Source of the DNA: Eledone cirrhosa
Taxonomy: Eukaryota
Assembly (NCBI GenBank): GCA_964016885.1
Contig: OZ024745.1
Location: forward strand, 85,126,001-85,190,000
Reading direction: 5' to 3'
DNA length: 64,000 nucleotides
The notes under the pieces are model-generated. The model did not search any database and was not told where the DNA came from. It saw only the letters and a program-made list of their open reading frames with translations. The stretch's first letter is position 1, and every line of letters starts with the position of its first letter. This document shows, piece by piece, positions 35,564 to 52,437 of this stretch. The position numbers and the translations under genes were made by a program.

Positions 35564-37835
35564 AGATCAAAAGATGGTTAAAGGAGTTCAATATATTTTA
35601 TTATGCGCATTTCAAAAACAAACATCATCAAATAATAATATTTGTGTTTTCATCAGATAAAACAGGAGAACATGATATGAAGGCTAAAAAAACACTTGTT
35701 GATAGTGCAGTTTTAAATCAACATATGAAAAGTGGTTTTAGATTGATGTGTGATATTGGGAAAAATATTTTATTTAGAGAGGGGGGGAGAGAAAAGGATG
35801 AAAAGGGAAGGAGATGAGAGGGAGAGATGGGTGATAGAGAGAAAGAGATAGTTTTTATAACTGAGAGAAGATATATTTTATATAGAGGGGTTGAAAACCG
35901 TTGGAAGATACTGTATAAATTAAAAATTTTGAAAATTAACGAAGGGAGGATATGTGCGAGGAAAAAATATATTATATTTAGGGAGGGGTGGGGGTGGAAA
36001 GGATGAAAAAAAGGGGAGGAGATGAGAGTGAAGGTGGAAAGGGAGAGATGGGTGATAGAGAGAAAGAGATAGTTTTTATAACTGAGAAAAAGATATAATG
36101 TTTTAATATAGAGAGGTTGGGAACCGTTGGAAGATAATGTATAAATTAAAGGAATTTGAAAATTAACGAAGGGAAATTATGTATGGAGATAGAGAGAAAA
36201 AAATAACGAAGGGAAATTATGTATGGAGATAGAGAGAAAAAAATAATAATTGTGGGTGAATATTCTAACGTCAAAAGGAGAAATGTAGGAATTTTAAAAT
36301 TAGCAAAGAGAAAAAGTTTATGTGTAGAAGGATTTGAGAAAAATAATGTGAAGTTAAAGTTTTTATATTGAATTCATATGTATTAATAATGAGTTCGTTG
36401 ATGGGGAGAAAAAAATAATAATAAATTAAGGATGAAATTGAGATTAAAAAGATTTATGATAGAGAGAAAAAATAATAATGATTGCGGATGAATACTCAAA
36501 ATGTCAAAAATAAATGTTATTGTTTTACGAGGAGATATAATGAGGGTGATGAGTAAACGGGTATTATAGAGTGTATAATGCCCTTTAAAGTAAGGTAGAT
36601 GGGTATATTTTAAAGAATATATGAGTATATATTAAAAAAAATATATAATAATAAATTAAGGATGAAATTGAGATTAAAAAGATTTATGATAGAGGGAAAA
36701 AATAATAATGATTGCGGATGAATATTCAAAATGTCAAAAACAAATGTTATTGTTTTACGAGAAGATAGGATGAGGGAAATGAGTAAACGAGTATTATAGA
36801 GTGTATAATGCCCTTTAAAGTAAGGTAGATGGGTATATTTTAAAGAGGTGTATGTATATGTGCCTTTGAGAAAAGATTCTAAATTGATAAAGAATTGAAT
36901 ATTAACTGTATACTTTGTGAAAAGTTCTATGGAATTTATGCAGGCAGATGGAAAACAAATCCGAGCGTCTATTTATTATGGATTCTAGGTTAGAGATAAT
37001 GGTAAATTTTTCATTTAGGCAGAGATTACAGATTTTAGATAGAGAGCTGTTCAAGTACGAGGATGCAGAAGAAATCTTTTTCCAAAAGATGTTATATTTA
37101 ATGTTTTTGTCTTTTAAGGACCATATGAGTTCTGAGAGAGCAGTGTTAGTTCTTTTAAGTTTGTATTTGAAAGATGAATGATGATTATAGAGACGAGCTT
37201 TAAAAGAGGTGGAAGTGGAGCCAAAATAGGTGAAGGAATTGGTGCTAGTTATAATTTTACATTCATAAATTAAGTTTTTATCGAGGCAATGGTTGTTGAG
37301 AGGACATTTATTTTTAATGCGGCAGTTGCAATTAGAGAGATTATTAATGAGTGATCTAGTGTTATCTATAGAAGGAATTGGATTGGAGAAGTTGTTTGCG
37401 ATAGGAATAATAGGAATAATAGTTTCTTGATTTAGAGTTGGATTATGAACATTTAGCGAAGTTGTGTTTGACGTTGCATTTGGGTTTACAGAAGTTAGCC
37501 TAGGGTTTACAATGACGTCAGGAGTACTATTATTGTTATTATGAGATTCAATATTGGAAGGAAGAGATTTAGTATTTAATATTTTGTTGTTGTGTTTAGA
37601 GATGATGTTGGAAATATTGGAGGATGTAGAATACGAAAATTTGATGGTGTGTTTGTTAAATATTTTACTATAGATATGTGAGGGAGGGAAGCATTTATTT
37701 AAGGCACTAAAAAATAATTTAGGAATATTGTTATTAATAGAGATGGAGAAAGGAGCATTATACCAGATTATGTTTTTGTATCTAGGTCTTTTATTAAAAT
37801 TATTGGAATGGTTATGATTAAATATTCTACTGTAA
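35558..37835 (-). mobile_element. 5'-truncated Hydra-type PLE (family A); GIY-YIG ORF 36902-37830; hammerhead at 35594-35664
   Basis: Near-identical to 7500-9592; CTGATGA...GAAATGCGCATA on the minus strand. Confidence 0.9.
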
Positions 37836-38074
37836 ATTCTAGGAAAACTTACAGTAGAATATTTAATCAACAACGAAAATACCAACATTTATGGAAACAC
37901 GGAAATAGATAATAATGAAATGTCTGTGTTACGTCTGCCACCCAAATTTGCGACATTCAAGAAGGTAAATATGATTAGTTGTCTGTCAGAAATAGAAAAA
38001 TCATTTACAAAACTACGCTGGAGCATCAAAAACAAAAGCAACAATATACGCACACACATATACAACACACATCC

Positions 38075-38480
38075 CAACAACAACAGACACACAGACACAA
38101 ACAACAATAACAACAACAACAACAATAGCAACATACCCAGATACAACAACAACAGACACGCAGACACAAACAACAATAACAACACACACAACAACGATAA
38201 CACACACGGAGACAACAATAACAACAACACACACATCAACAACAACAACAATAGCAACATACCCAGATACAACAACAACAGACACGCAGACACAAACAAC
38301 AATAACAACACACACAACAACGATAACACACACGGAGACAACAATAACAACAACACACACATCAACAACAACAACAATAGCAACATACCCAGATACAACA
38401 ACAACAGACACGCAGACACAAACAACAATAACAACACACACAACAACGATAACACACACACACACGGAGACAACAACAAC
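38075..38480 (+). repeat. 126-bp (42-codon) tandem repeat, ~3 copies, encoding an Asn/Thr/His-rich tract
   Basis: AATAGCAACATACCCAG at 38124, 38250 and 38376. Confidence 0.92.
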
Positions 38481-41400
38481 ACACATCAACAACAACACAC
38501 ATCAACAACAACAACACACACGCATTCAATGCCTCTCACCACCACCACAATCTTAACAAACACACAGACACAAAAAACAAGTAATGACAGTAGCACAGAA
38601 ATCAGAGAAATAAGAGAAAGTAATAGGATTAAAAGGAAAAGGAGATGGGAGACTAAGGACAAAGAGAATAACCAAGACGAACACACAGACACACAAAATA
38701 GGGTAGATAACAACATTGAGCCAGTGGAAAGAGACAGGAGTAATTATGAGAGACATAGAATCAACCATGAGGTTGAGGCTGTTGGTGGAAATAGAAATAG
38801 AAACAACACAACTAACAATAATAATAGCACTAGTACACATAAAGCAGCAGCCTGGAACTCTCCGTTTTATAACCCCTCCGATAAATCATTCGACCTACGA
38901 CGAGTCCACGCCACGACTTTGCCATTTAACAAACGCACGCAGTTGCCGTCGCAGGTCGATGAACAAACAGAAGCACAATTTAGTATAGCTAAATCCGAAC
39001 TTAGAAATATTATAGAACAGTATAGCAAGAAGCATAATAGAATAGAGGCCCAGCAACTGGGAGAAGAATCTGCAAATGGCTTGCGTAAGCTCATGCAGCG
39101 CTCGCGTAATGGAGAGATAGCATGTTTTCCAACAGACAAGTCTGGCAGAATGTTGGTTGACAGCCTGCCAAACTACATCCAGGCAATGCAACCCCACATC
39201 ACTAACACAAGAGAGGTAACACCACAGGAGCATGAGGATAGAGAAAAAGCCCTCAATACCTATATGGTGATGTGGACGAATATAATGCAGCCCAACAAAA
39301 GGACTGCCAACAAATTCCAGACCTGGAACAATGACGTGCCGGCGTTGTATGGGCTTCGAAAAGACCATAAAACGGGCTGGGACCCTGTCGCGGGACCACC
39401 AACACGGCCAGTCTGTGGGGCTAACATTGCTAGTAACTACAGACTGTCCTACTTCCTCTCCCTGATCATACGCCCCATCATTGAGATGTCCCCAGATGTG
39501 TGTGACAGCACGGAGGACCTCCTCAGCAGAATCGGCGCGGGTAACCGATCTGGGGACCTAACAAACTGCATAATAGGCAGTATGGATGTTGTGTCCCTGT
39601 ATCCATCTATTGACGTGGATTTTGCTGTGGAGAAATGCGTAGAAATGATCAGCGAGAGCAAGGTTGAGTTCCGTGGGATTGATACCAGTGAGCTGGGACT
39701 TCTACTTAAGCTTACCCATAGTAATAGTTACCTAGACACTTATGACCTTAGCAACCTGTGCCCTACAAGACCAGCAAGAGGCAGACCACCTACCATTACC
39801 TCAATGGCCAAGAAAACCCACACAGATAGATGGAACGGGTGGACCAGAGCCATACGGACACCCGAAAACCACGATGAACTGAAGAAAATGATTGCACATG
39901 CGGTAGGGGCCAGCATAAAATTAACCCTTAAGGAATATATGTTCAAATTTAATGGTAAAACATATGCCCAAGAGGAAGGAGCAGCCATTGGTGTTAGCAT
40001 TGCAGGCGACATAGCTAACTTATTCATGGTATGGTGGGACAGTAGACTTAAACAAAAACTTAATGAATAATTAGAAGACAGCTTAACCCTGATAATGTAC
40101 TCCCGCTACGTAGATGATATAAACATAGTAGTTAAGACACCCCCACTAAAGAACAGTCAGGAACTAGAGAAAAAACACAATGGAAAGCATCGAGCAAATA
40201 GCAAACTCCATCCACCAGAGCATTAGAGTTACTATAGACTACCCAAGTAGACACCCCAACCATCGATTACCTGTACTAGACACAGAGCTCTGGTTAGATA
40301 CCATTAACAACCAAAAACAAATCCTCCATTCCCATTATGCCAAACCCATGACTTCCAAACATCTGATCCACCGAAACTCGGCCATTTCGGACCATACCAA
40401 AATCAACATACTGATTGCGGATTTGGTACGGGTGATAAGAAATGTGTCCCGCATGTGCAACCCCGAAGAACTAGAGAGACACATACAATACTTCATCCAC
40501 CGTATGCAGTTCTCTGGCTACAATCAGAGAGATAGAATCAGAGTGTATAAAGGAGCCAGAACCAAATGGGAAAAAATGATAAATAATGACATAAATGGGA
40601 CCTGCCCCTTGTATAGGAGCAACTTTTGGAATAGAATAGAAAGAACTAGGAACAAGGCCAATAGAATAAACTCATGGTATGATAGCAATAAATACCAGAG
40701 TGTAATGTTCATAAATACAACCCCTAGAGGCGAACTAGCCTACAAATTTAGAAGGGCCCTAAATAAATATAATCTCAATATTAAGATAGTAGAAAGACCT
40801 GGTACCTCCGTAAAAACACTTATTAGCAAGACATACCCGTTCCAAAGACCCTCATGTATAGATAAGAAATGTATAACCTGTAAAATAAGCCCCCATATTA
40901 ACTGTAAAACTAGAAATGTAGTGTATAGCATAAGATGTACTGAAGGACAATGTAGAAACAAAAATATAGTGTACATAGGTGAGACAGCTCGTAGTATAGG
41001 GAACGAATAAATGAACACTGGCGAGACCTCCAAGATAATAAAGAATCATCTGTGCTCTACCAACATGCTAAGATAGAACACAGGGGTAGATTAGAGAGGA
41101 TAGAAATAAAAATAGAATCCACACACAGAAAAGACGCAATGTTTAGGCAAATTACAGAGGCAGTAAGCATAAAAGAATTAAAACCAAAATTAAATAGAAA
41201 ATATGAGTGGAACAGCCACATCACAACTTACAATTAAGGACAAAATGAAAACACACACACACATAGAACAAACAACTTACAATTAAGGACAAAATGAAAA
41301 CACACACAAAATGAAAACACACACACACATAGAACAAACAACCAACCAACAATAAATAAATAAATAAACAAATAGAAAAATGAACACAAACACACACAGA

Positions 41401-41507
41401 CACCCGGATGTGGCGCATGCGCAAACTGAGCACACAACACACACACAGAAACAAAATGGCGTAGGATAGAAGAAAGGAAAGGCACAGAAACGAAGAAAGG
41501 AATCCCC

Positions 41508-41552
41508 AGTCACTGAAGAGGTCACAGAGTGTGTGACGAAAGGACTATGACT
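41508..41552 (+). ncRNA. Minimal type I hammerhead ribozyme
   Basis: AGTCA-CTGAAGA-GGTCAC AGAGTGT GTGAC-GAAA-GGAC-TA-TGACT, in the 3' UTR of the large PLE. Confidence 0.78.
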
Positions 41553-41913
41553 ATATATAAACAGCTATCTGGTTGTGGAACCAACCAACCAACCAGAAAT
41601 TTATAAGTTTGTAAATTTGTAAATTTATAAATTTATAAATATATAATAAATTGAAGTGAAAGCAACTGGTGCGTGTGTTTCTTATTGGCAACATGACCCT
41701 CCCAAAGTATAACAATATATATATATATGTATCTATATATATATATTATATATATATGTATATATATATGTATATATATATGTATATAATATGTATATAT
41801 ATATATATATGTATGTATATATATATGTATATATATTTATGTATATATATATGTATATATATATGTATGTATATATATATGTATATATATGCATATATAT
41901 ATATATGTATATA

Positions 41914-41952
<39 letters not shown>

Positions 41953-42140
41953 ATATATATATGTGTATATATATATATATATGTATATATATATAAATGT
42001 ATATATATATGTATATATATGTATATATATATATATGTATATATATATATGTATATATATATATATGTATATATACATGTATATATATATATATATATAT
42101 ATGTAAATATATATATGTATATATATATATATATGTATAA

Positions 42141-42180
<40 letters not shown>

Positions 42181-42193
42181 GTATATATATATG

Positions 42194-42240
<47 letters not shown>

Positions 42241-42346
42241 GCATATATATATGTATGCATATATATATGTACATATATATATGTATGCATATATATATGT
42301 ACATATATATATATGTATATATATATATGTATATATATATTTATAT

Positions 42347-42429
<83 letters not shown>

Positions 42430-42494
42430 TATATATATATGTATATATATGTATATATGTATATATATATGTATATATATATATGTATATATAT

Positions 42495-42762
42495 ATTATT
42501 AAGGATACTATTTCTGGTTATGTATATTATAAAACCTTTTATAGTTATATATATTTTAAATTTTAAATAGTGCAAGACAGTAATTCATTACTATCTTATT
42601 ACCAGTAAGATAAATAGCTCAATGTAATAACATTAGTTGTTTTACAGAGCAGTTATATAGAAATTACATCAATGAAAGTTCAGCTTAAATCATTTATTTA
42701 CTTACAAATGTTTCCTCCAAATAAATGATTTAAACTGAACTTTGATTCATGTAATTTCTATA
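42495..42762 (-). mobile_element. Family C pLTR end, truncated inside hammerhead stem II, with a fold-back inversion
   Basis: 42495-42720 is the reverse complement of ~29671-29897; 42721-42762 matches 29694-29735 in direct orientation. Confidence 0.78.
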
Positions 42763-42794
42763 TGTATATATATATATATGTATATATATATATG

Positions 42795-42893
<99 letters not shown>

Positions 42894-43073
42894 ATATATA
42901 TATATGTGTATATATATATATATGTATATATATGTATATATATATATATATGCATATATATATGTATATATATATATATACATATATACATATATATATA
43001 TGTATATATATATATATAAATATATGTATGTATATATATATCTGTAGATATATATATGTGTATATAGATATAA

Positions 43074-43143
<70 letters not shown>

Positions 43144-43558
43144 GTATATATATATATGTAGTATATATATGTAATATATATATGTAGTACATATATGTAG
43201 TATATATATGTAGTATATATATGTATATATATATGTATATATATATTTGTATATATATGTAGTATATATATGTATGTATATATATATATATGTAAATATA
43301 TATATATGTAGAATATATATGTATGTATATATATGTATATATATATATGTAGTATATATACATGTATATATATATATATATATATGGGTATATATATGTA
43401 TATATATATATGTATATATATATATATGTATATATATATATGTATATATATATATGTATATATATATGTATATATATATATATATCTGTATATATATGTA
43501 TATATATGTATACATATATATATGTATCTATATATATATATATATACATATGAATATA

Positions 43559-43606
<48 letters not shown>

Positions 43607-43618
43607 TGTATATATATG

Positions 43619-43649
<31 letters not shown>

Positions 43650-43686
43650 GTATATATATATGTATATATATATATGTGTGTATATA

Positions 43687-43733
<47 letters not shown>

Positions 43734-43777
43734 GTATATATATATATGTATATATATATATGTATATATATATATAT

Positions 43778-44248
43778 CATCATCATCATCCTCATCATTG
43801 TACGTCCGCTTTTCCCTGCTTGCAAGGGTGGGACCGGTCTTATTCAGCACCGCATCTCTCCGCTCGTCACGGTCCCTCGTCATCTCCACCGTGAGCTTCA
43901 ATGATCTGAGGTCTGTTCTCACCACCTCCGCCCATGTTTTTCGTGGTCTACCTCTACCACGTCTTCTTCAACTGGCAATTCCTGGTACTTCTTCACCCAT
44001 CGGTCATCCTCCATGCGCATCACATGTCCATTCCACCTCAGTCTCCTCTCCTATCCCTCTCAGACACAGTCTCTCTCTCAACACATTTATGCTGTGTCGT
44101 TTACGGACATTTACACTGCACATCCAACGGAGCATGCTTGCCTCATTTCCCTCCAGCCGTCGCATATCCACTGCAGTTGCTGCCCATGTCTCACTACCAT
44201 GAAGCATCGCGCTCCTCACACAGGCATCATACAACCGGCCTTTCGTAT
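43778..44248 (-). mobile_element. RTE-clade LINE 3' fragment with a (GAT)n tail
   Basis: [20 protein letters not shown]...[10 protein letters not shown]; DRDERRDAV. Confidence 0.85.
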
Positions 44249-44307
44249 ATATGTATATATATACAATTAACAACAAAGGGCGCTTAGAACATAGGTATAT
44301 CTTTAAT

Positions 44308-44353
44308 TGCTAACAGTGTTTCGTCCACACTAGAAGTGGGACTCTTCAGAGCA
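44308..44353 (-). ncRNA. Minimal type I hammerhead ribozyme
   Basis: Minus strand: TGCT-CTGAAGA-GTCC CACTTCTAGTGT GGAC-GAAA-CACTG-TT-AGCA. Confidence 0.75.
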
Positions 44354-44854
44354 TAAAGAGTAAATACATAGTATACAAACATTGACAAAGCCAAAACAGA
44401 ATATATGTGGGGATACCATAAGTTGGGAGGAGTTTAAAGAGTAAAGTAAAAGGAGTAAAATAAGAAAAGAGTAAAATAAAAAAAGAGTAAAAAAAAAAAA
44501 AAATAAATAAATAAATAAAAAAATAAATAAAAAATAGATAAAAAATAGATAAGAAATAGATAAGAAATAGATAAAAAATAGATAAAAGATAAAAAATAAA
44601 ATAAAATAAAATAAAATAAAGTAAAGTAAAATATACACCAGAAGATAAATAAAACAATACACCAAAAAAAATGGAGTAAAATATACACCATAAAGGAAGG
44701 TGTGGGTAAAGATAAGACTGGCAAATGCATAAGCTATCAAGCTATGTTCAACAAGTGATATACGTACAATATATAAAATATACAAAAATATATACAAAAA
44801 TATATATAAAAAATATATATAAAAAATATATATACAAGAGACGTATATACAAGG

Positions 44855-44886
<32 letters not shown>

Positions 44887-46510
44887 CAGTCCAAGTAATG
44901 CATATTTATAAAAATGTAACTGGGGGTAAAAAGATGTAATAAGGGTAATCAAGATGGTAATTATTAGGGCATGTAATAATAATATTATTATAGAAATCCT
45001 AAGGTAACACTAATGTTGACTCATGGTGATATATGGAATATATCAGGAGCACACGAACGCCTTAGGTGTTGCAGTTAGCCGCAGTTCAACAATAGAGTGT
45101 TAGAATGAGATTTTTTATGAACAGATGCTATGTCCGCTCTAGATTGAGTGGACAATTACAATGCAATGGAAACATCCCAGGTTGGACAGTCCCAAAAGTT
45201 CACACTCCAAAGTTCAATCCACAGGTGTGCATTCATAGAGTTGAGCGGTTGGGCAATCCCAAAAAGTTCACACTCCAAAGTTCAATACACAGATGTGCAT
45301 TCATAGAGTTGAGCACTCAGGCAGGAATTAATTGGTTAACAAGGTGTATCCGTATCACAAGCAGGAGCATATGCTGGGAAGGTTGCAGGCAAATTCATAT
45401 ACAGCAGCACGAACATCAAGAGGCAAATAACTGAGGCGCATATTAGTGAGCAGAAGCAGGCAAGTACAGGTGGTAAAACACAGTCAGGTGAAGCAGGTTA
45501 TTATGCATACCATTTAATATAAGAAAACTCATAACAAATAGCTTCCAAAGCCGATAACCACAAAATCACAACATTGAGCAACAATCCGGCATCGCAAGAA
45601 TGTACGCAACATTAGGGTTAGTCCAGAGACAGTATATGTATACTTATACATACACACAAACATGTATATACAGAGACAGTATACATACACATATATACAG
45701 AGACAGTATATATAAATATATATACACATACACGTATATACACATAAATATATACATACACACACACACACACACACCGCACCGGACACCCAAATCTACG
45801 CGGATATATTACACAAAATATCTTACCCAGCTAACAAGAGTCAAAAACCCATAACAGTTGCTCTCACTGGTCGCAGATAATGTAGTTTCACAGTAAATTA
45901 GCCGGAGTAATCACGATTAATATTCAAAATACAACCTTATGAGGAGATGCGTATTCCCACGTGTAGTCACCAGATTCAAGTATAAACAAACCGTTAATAA
46001 ATACGGAAGGCTATCGGGGCCAAGACGTTATTCTTGGGAGAATAACACAGAGCGTCAATCTATGGAGGGCCAACTATGCCAAAAAATACAACACCGGGCA
46101 AAAACACCCCAAAGTCAGCATGTAGACTGTGAACCGCAGAATAGGAGGGTAACACATACATGTACTCCATATCTACTGCCCACGGCGAGATGGCACAGGT
46201 CAGCTCACAGTGACTGGCTAAATCTCCGTCCCATATGGGCACAGGCCCATTGGTTCATTCCGAGTCAACAAGGTAATTTAAATAAACTAAAATAAGATAA
46301 AATGCGAGGGGCAGGTTAAATATAATCAGATGTGCATCTTATAACGCAGTACACACTCTACATAGATGTATTACATCACAACTCATGAGCATACAAAGGT
46401 ACAAATCCATACAATACACGTTGGGATAGACCCACCAATGCACAAACACACACACGGTGGCTGGGCAAGTATGGAAGGGTCACATCCACTGTACCGAACA
46501 AGGGTGCTTA

Positions 46511-47099
46511 TTAACATATACACCAACTCAAGTACTGTGTTCGTGCATTTTTTAAATTGTGGACGTGCGCTGCCAAGGAGGTAGAATTCTTCAGTTTATT
46601 ATGTCTAAATGTACACTGGTGGGAGTTAAATCTGGTTTTAAAAGGGGTGGAAGTTGATCCAATATAAGTTTTAGTGGACGCATTAGTTACCACATCACAC
46701 GCATAAACTATGTTTCTAGTAAGGCAGAAACCATTCAGGGGGCAGCCCGAAGCCCTTCTACAGTTACAATTTCTGGTGATGCTATTATCTAAATGATCAC
46801 CAGCTTGCTGACCACGGGTGTTCAGGCTACCTCTGTCGACTCCAATGTTTTCCCCTAGGCGTAAGGTGTCGAGGCCTTCCTTAATTTTCTTATTATTGGT
46901 ATTGGCTAGATGAGAGGCCAGATTTTGGGTTGTAGAATACGAGAGTTTAACCACATTCTTATTGAGGATAGAATGGTACCTATTACCAGGAGGGAAGTTC
47001 CTTTCTAACACAGAGAAGAAGGCCCTAGGAATATTCGTAGCCACTTCGGAGTTAAATGGGGGGTTAAAATATGTATTCAATCTTCTTCTATTCTTTTTA

Positions 47100-47163
<64 letters not shown>

Positions 47164-48035
47164 TATTATTATTATTATTAATTCCATTGCTAAGGTTACT
47201 ATGTTGACCTAATCTATGCGGGGAGCTAAGAGTCCTACCATTACTGTTACTTAGTCCATTGGTACCCTGTCGGTGCATTTTACCGGCATTCAAAACCCTC
47301 ATGTTCGAAACACCTCTATTACCAATGGACATATTATGTGTTATAACAACACTGGTAGAGCTACTATTTGGACTATTATTTCCCTGGGCATAATGTAATT
47401 TGTCCCTAAAGCCGGATCTAGCTAAGGCATCATTATAATAATCAGCCTGCGAGTTAAACGCCTCTTCGCTATGTGAGAGTGAACTTACTCTGTTAGAGAC
47501 CCCCTTCAATATACCACTGATGACCGACTTAGGGTGGTTGGAGTTAGTATTCACATAAGTCAGCAATTCATTAGGCTTATGGTACGGTGTGTACGTATGG
47601 TTACCTAAGTCCAATGTAACATCAAGGAAGTTGACAGTCCTATCATTTATATCCATAGTGATGGACAGATTTAAGGTTTTAAAGAATTTATACAGCTTTT
47701 TCCTAATGCGCACTATATTATACTTGCTAGCATCTATGGAGAGTAGGGCATCATCACGGTACAACCCACCCCTAAGGAATGGGAAGTTACTATGTAGTTC
47801 AGTAAGGAGGTAGAGCCCAACTAAGTCGGTGACCTGAGCAGAATCACTTGACCCCATAGTAATGTCAAAATTATCCGGTGTGTTTTTTCTCGTCCATAAA
47901 TTATCCTCAAACATAATGATGGTTTTACGTGCAGCGAGAACGATATCTATCTCTGGCCGTGTAATGACCCCTCTCTGCATGGCTAGGATAAGGGCCTTAT
48001 TGAGGATGATAGGAGTTATAGATGTATAATAAGCA
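46511..48035 (-). pseudogene. Hydra-type PLE RT + partial GIY-YIG with a poly-Asn linker
   Basis: [59 protein letters not shown]; 5' end cut by a TA array. Confidence 0.9.
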
Positions 48036-48049
48036 TGTATATATATATG

Positions 48050-48082
<33 letters not shown>

Positions 48083-48307
48083 CTGTATATATATGTATAT
48101 ATATATATATATGTATATATATACACATATATATATATGTATATATATATGTATATATTTATATATATATGTATATATATATGTATATATATATATGTAT
48201 ATATATATGTATATATATATATATGTATATATATATATGTATATATATATGTATATATATATGTATATATATATATATGTATATATATATATGTATATAT
48301 ATATATG

Positions 48308-48355
<48 letters not shown>

Positions 48356-48516
48356 ATATATATAAATGTATATATATATATGTATATATATATATGTATA
48401 TATATATGCATATGTATACATATATGTATATATATATATATACATATATACATGTATATATATATATGTATATATATATATATCTGTAGATATATATATG
48501 TGTATATAGATATAAG

Positions 48517-48547
<31 letters not shown>

Positions 48548-48560
48548 GTGTATATATATG

Positions 48561-48595
<35 letters not shown>

Positions 48596-48872
48596 GTATA
48601 TATATATATGTAATATATATATGTAATATATATATATAGTATATATATTTAGTATATATATGTAGTATATATATGTATATATATATGTATATATATATAT
48701 GTATATATATATATATGTAGTATATATATGTATGTATATATATATATATATGTAAATATATATGTAGAATATATATGTATGTATATATATGTATATATAT
48801 ATATGTAGTATATATATGTATATATATATATGGGTATATATATGTATATATATATGTATATATATATATATG

Positions 48873-48933
<61 letters not shown>

Positions 48934-48941
48934 GTATATAT

Positions 48942-50025
<1,084 letters not shown>

Positions 50026-50041
50026 TGTATATACATATGTA

Positions 50042-50074
<33 letters not shown>

Positions 50075-50177
50075 GTATATATATATGTATATATATATAT
50101 GTATATATATGTATATATATATATGTATATATATATATATCTGTATATATATATATATGTATATATATGTATATATG

Positions 50178-50229
<52 letters not shown>

Positions 50230-50329
50230 CATGTATATATATATATATGTATATATATATATGTATATATATATATATGTATATATATATGTATATATAT
50301 GTGTATATATATTTATGTATATATATATG

Positions 50330-50364
<35 letters not shown>

Positions 50365-50683
50365 GTATATATATAATATATATAAATGTATATATATATA
50401 TGTATATATATATATGTATATATATATGCATATGTATATATATATATATGTATATATATATATGCATATATATATGTATATATATATGCATATATATATA
50501 TGTGTATATATATATGTATATATATATATGTATATATATGTATATATATATGTATATATATATATTTATATATATATGTATATATATATATATGTATATA
50601 TATATATGCATATGTATATATAGATATGTATATATATATATGTATATATATATATGCATATATATATGTATATATATGTAAAT

Positions 50684-50727
<44 letters not shown>

Positions 50728-50785
50728 GCATATATATATATGTATATATATATATGTATATATGCATATATATATGTATATATAT

Positions 50786-50835
<50 letters not shown>

Positions 50836-51138
50836 GTATATATATATATATGTATGTATATATATATATAAATATATATATATGTATGTATATATATATA
50901 TATATGTATGTATATATATATATATACATATGTATATATATATGTATATATATATATATATGTATGTATATATGTATGTATATATGTATATATATATGTA
51001 TGTATATATGTATATACATATATATATATGTATGTATATGTATATACATATATATGTATATATGTATATACTTATATATGTATGTATATATATATATGTA
51101 TGTATATATATATGTATGTATATAGATATGTAAGTATG

Positions 51139-51174
<36 letters not shown>

Positions 51175-51348
51175 TGCATATATATATATGTATATATATA
51201 TATATGTATATATGCATATATATATGTATATATATATATGTATATGTATGTATATATGTATATATATATATGTATATATATGTATATATATATATGTATA
51301 TATATATATATCTGTATATATATATATATGTATATATATGTATATATG

Positions 51349-51400
<52 letters not shown>

Positions 51401-51494
51401 CATGTATATATATATATATGTATATATATATATGTATATATATATATATGTATATATATATGTATATATATGTGTATATATATTTATGTATATA

Positions 51495-51539
<45 letters not shown>

Positions 51540-51857
51540 GTATATATATAATATATATAAATGTATATATATATATGTATATATATATATGTATATATAT
51601 ATGCATATGTATATATATATATGTATATATATATATGCATATATATATGTATATATATATGCATATATATATATGTGTATATATATATGTATATATATAT
51701 ATGTATATATATGTATATATATATGTATATATATATATTTATATATATATGTATATATATATATATGTATATATATATATGCATATGTATATATAGATAT
51801 GTATATATATATATGTATATATATATATGCATATATATATGTATATATATGTAAATG

Positions 51858-51902
<45 letters not shown>

Positions 51903-51960
51903 GCATATATATATATGTATATATATATATGTATATATGCATATATATATGTATATATAT

Positions 51961-52030
<70 letters not shown>

Positions 52031-52323
52031 GTATGTATATATATATATAAATATATATATATGTATGTATATATATATATATATGTATGTATATATATAT
52101 ATATACATATGTATATATATATGTATGTATATATATATATATATGTATGTATATATGTATGTATATATGTATATATATATGTATGTATATATGTATATAC
52201 ATATATATATATGTATGTATATATGTATATACATATATATGTATATATGTATATACTTATATATGTATGTATATATATATATGTATGTATATATATATGT
52301 ATGTATATAGATATGTAAGTATG

Positions 52324-52359
<36 letters not shown>

Positions 52360-52437
52360 TGCATATATATATATGTATATATATATATATGTATATATGC
52401 ATATATATATGTATATATATATATATGTATATGTATG

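Larger units (their letters stand above)
37871..41700 (+). mobile_element. Large Penelope-like element (RT + C-terminal GIY-YIG), disrupted
   Basis: PTDKSGR, LYGLRKDHK, RPVCG, GSMDVVSLYPSI, QEEGAAIG, then TAA at 40068 followed in frame by YSRYVDDI; LPVLD; CKTRNVVY...YIGETAR. Frameshifts at ~40175 and ~41000. Confidence 0.9.

Noticed and set aside
37920-41237. Possible selenocysteine readthrough, as reported for some PLEs
   Set aside because: The interruptions are TAA and homopolymer frameshifts, not in-frame TGA; no SECIS recognised.
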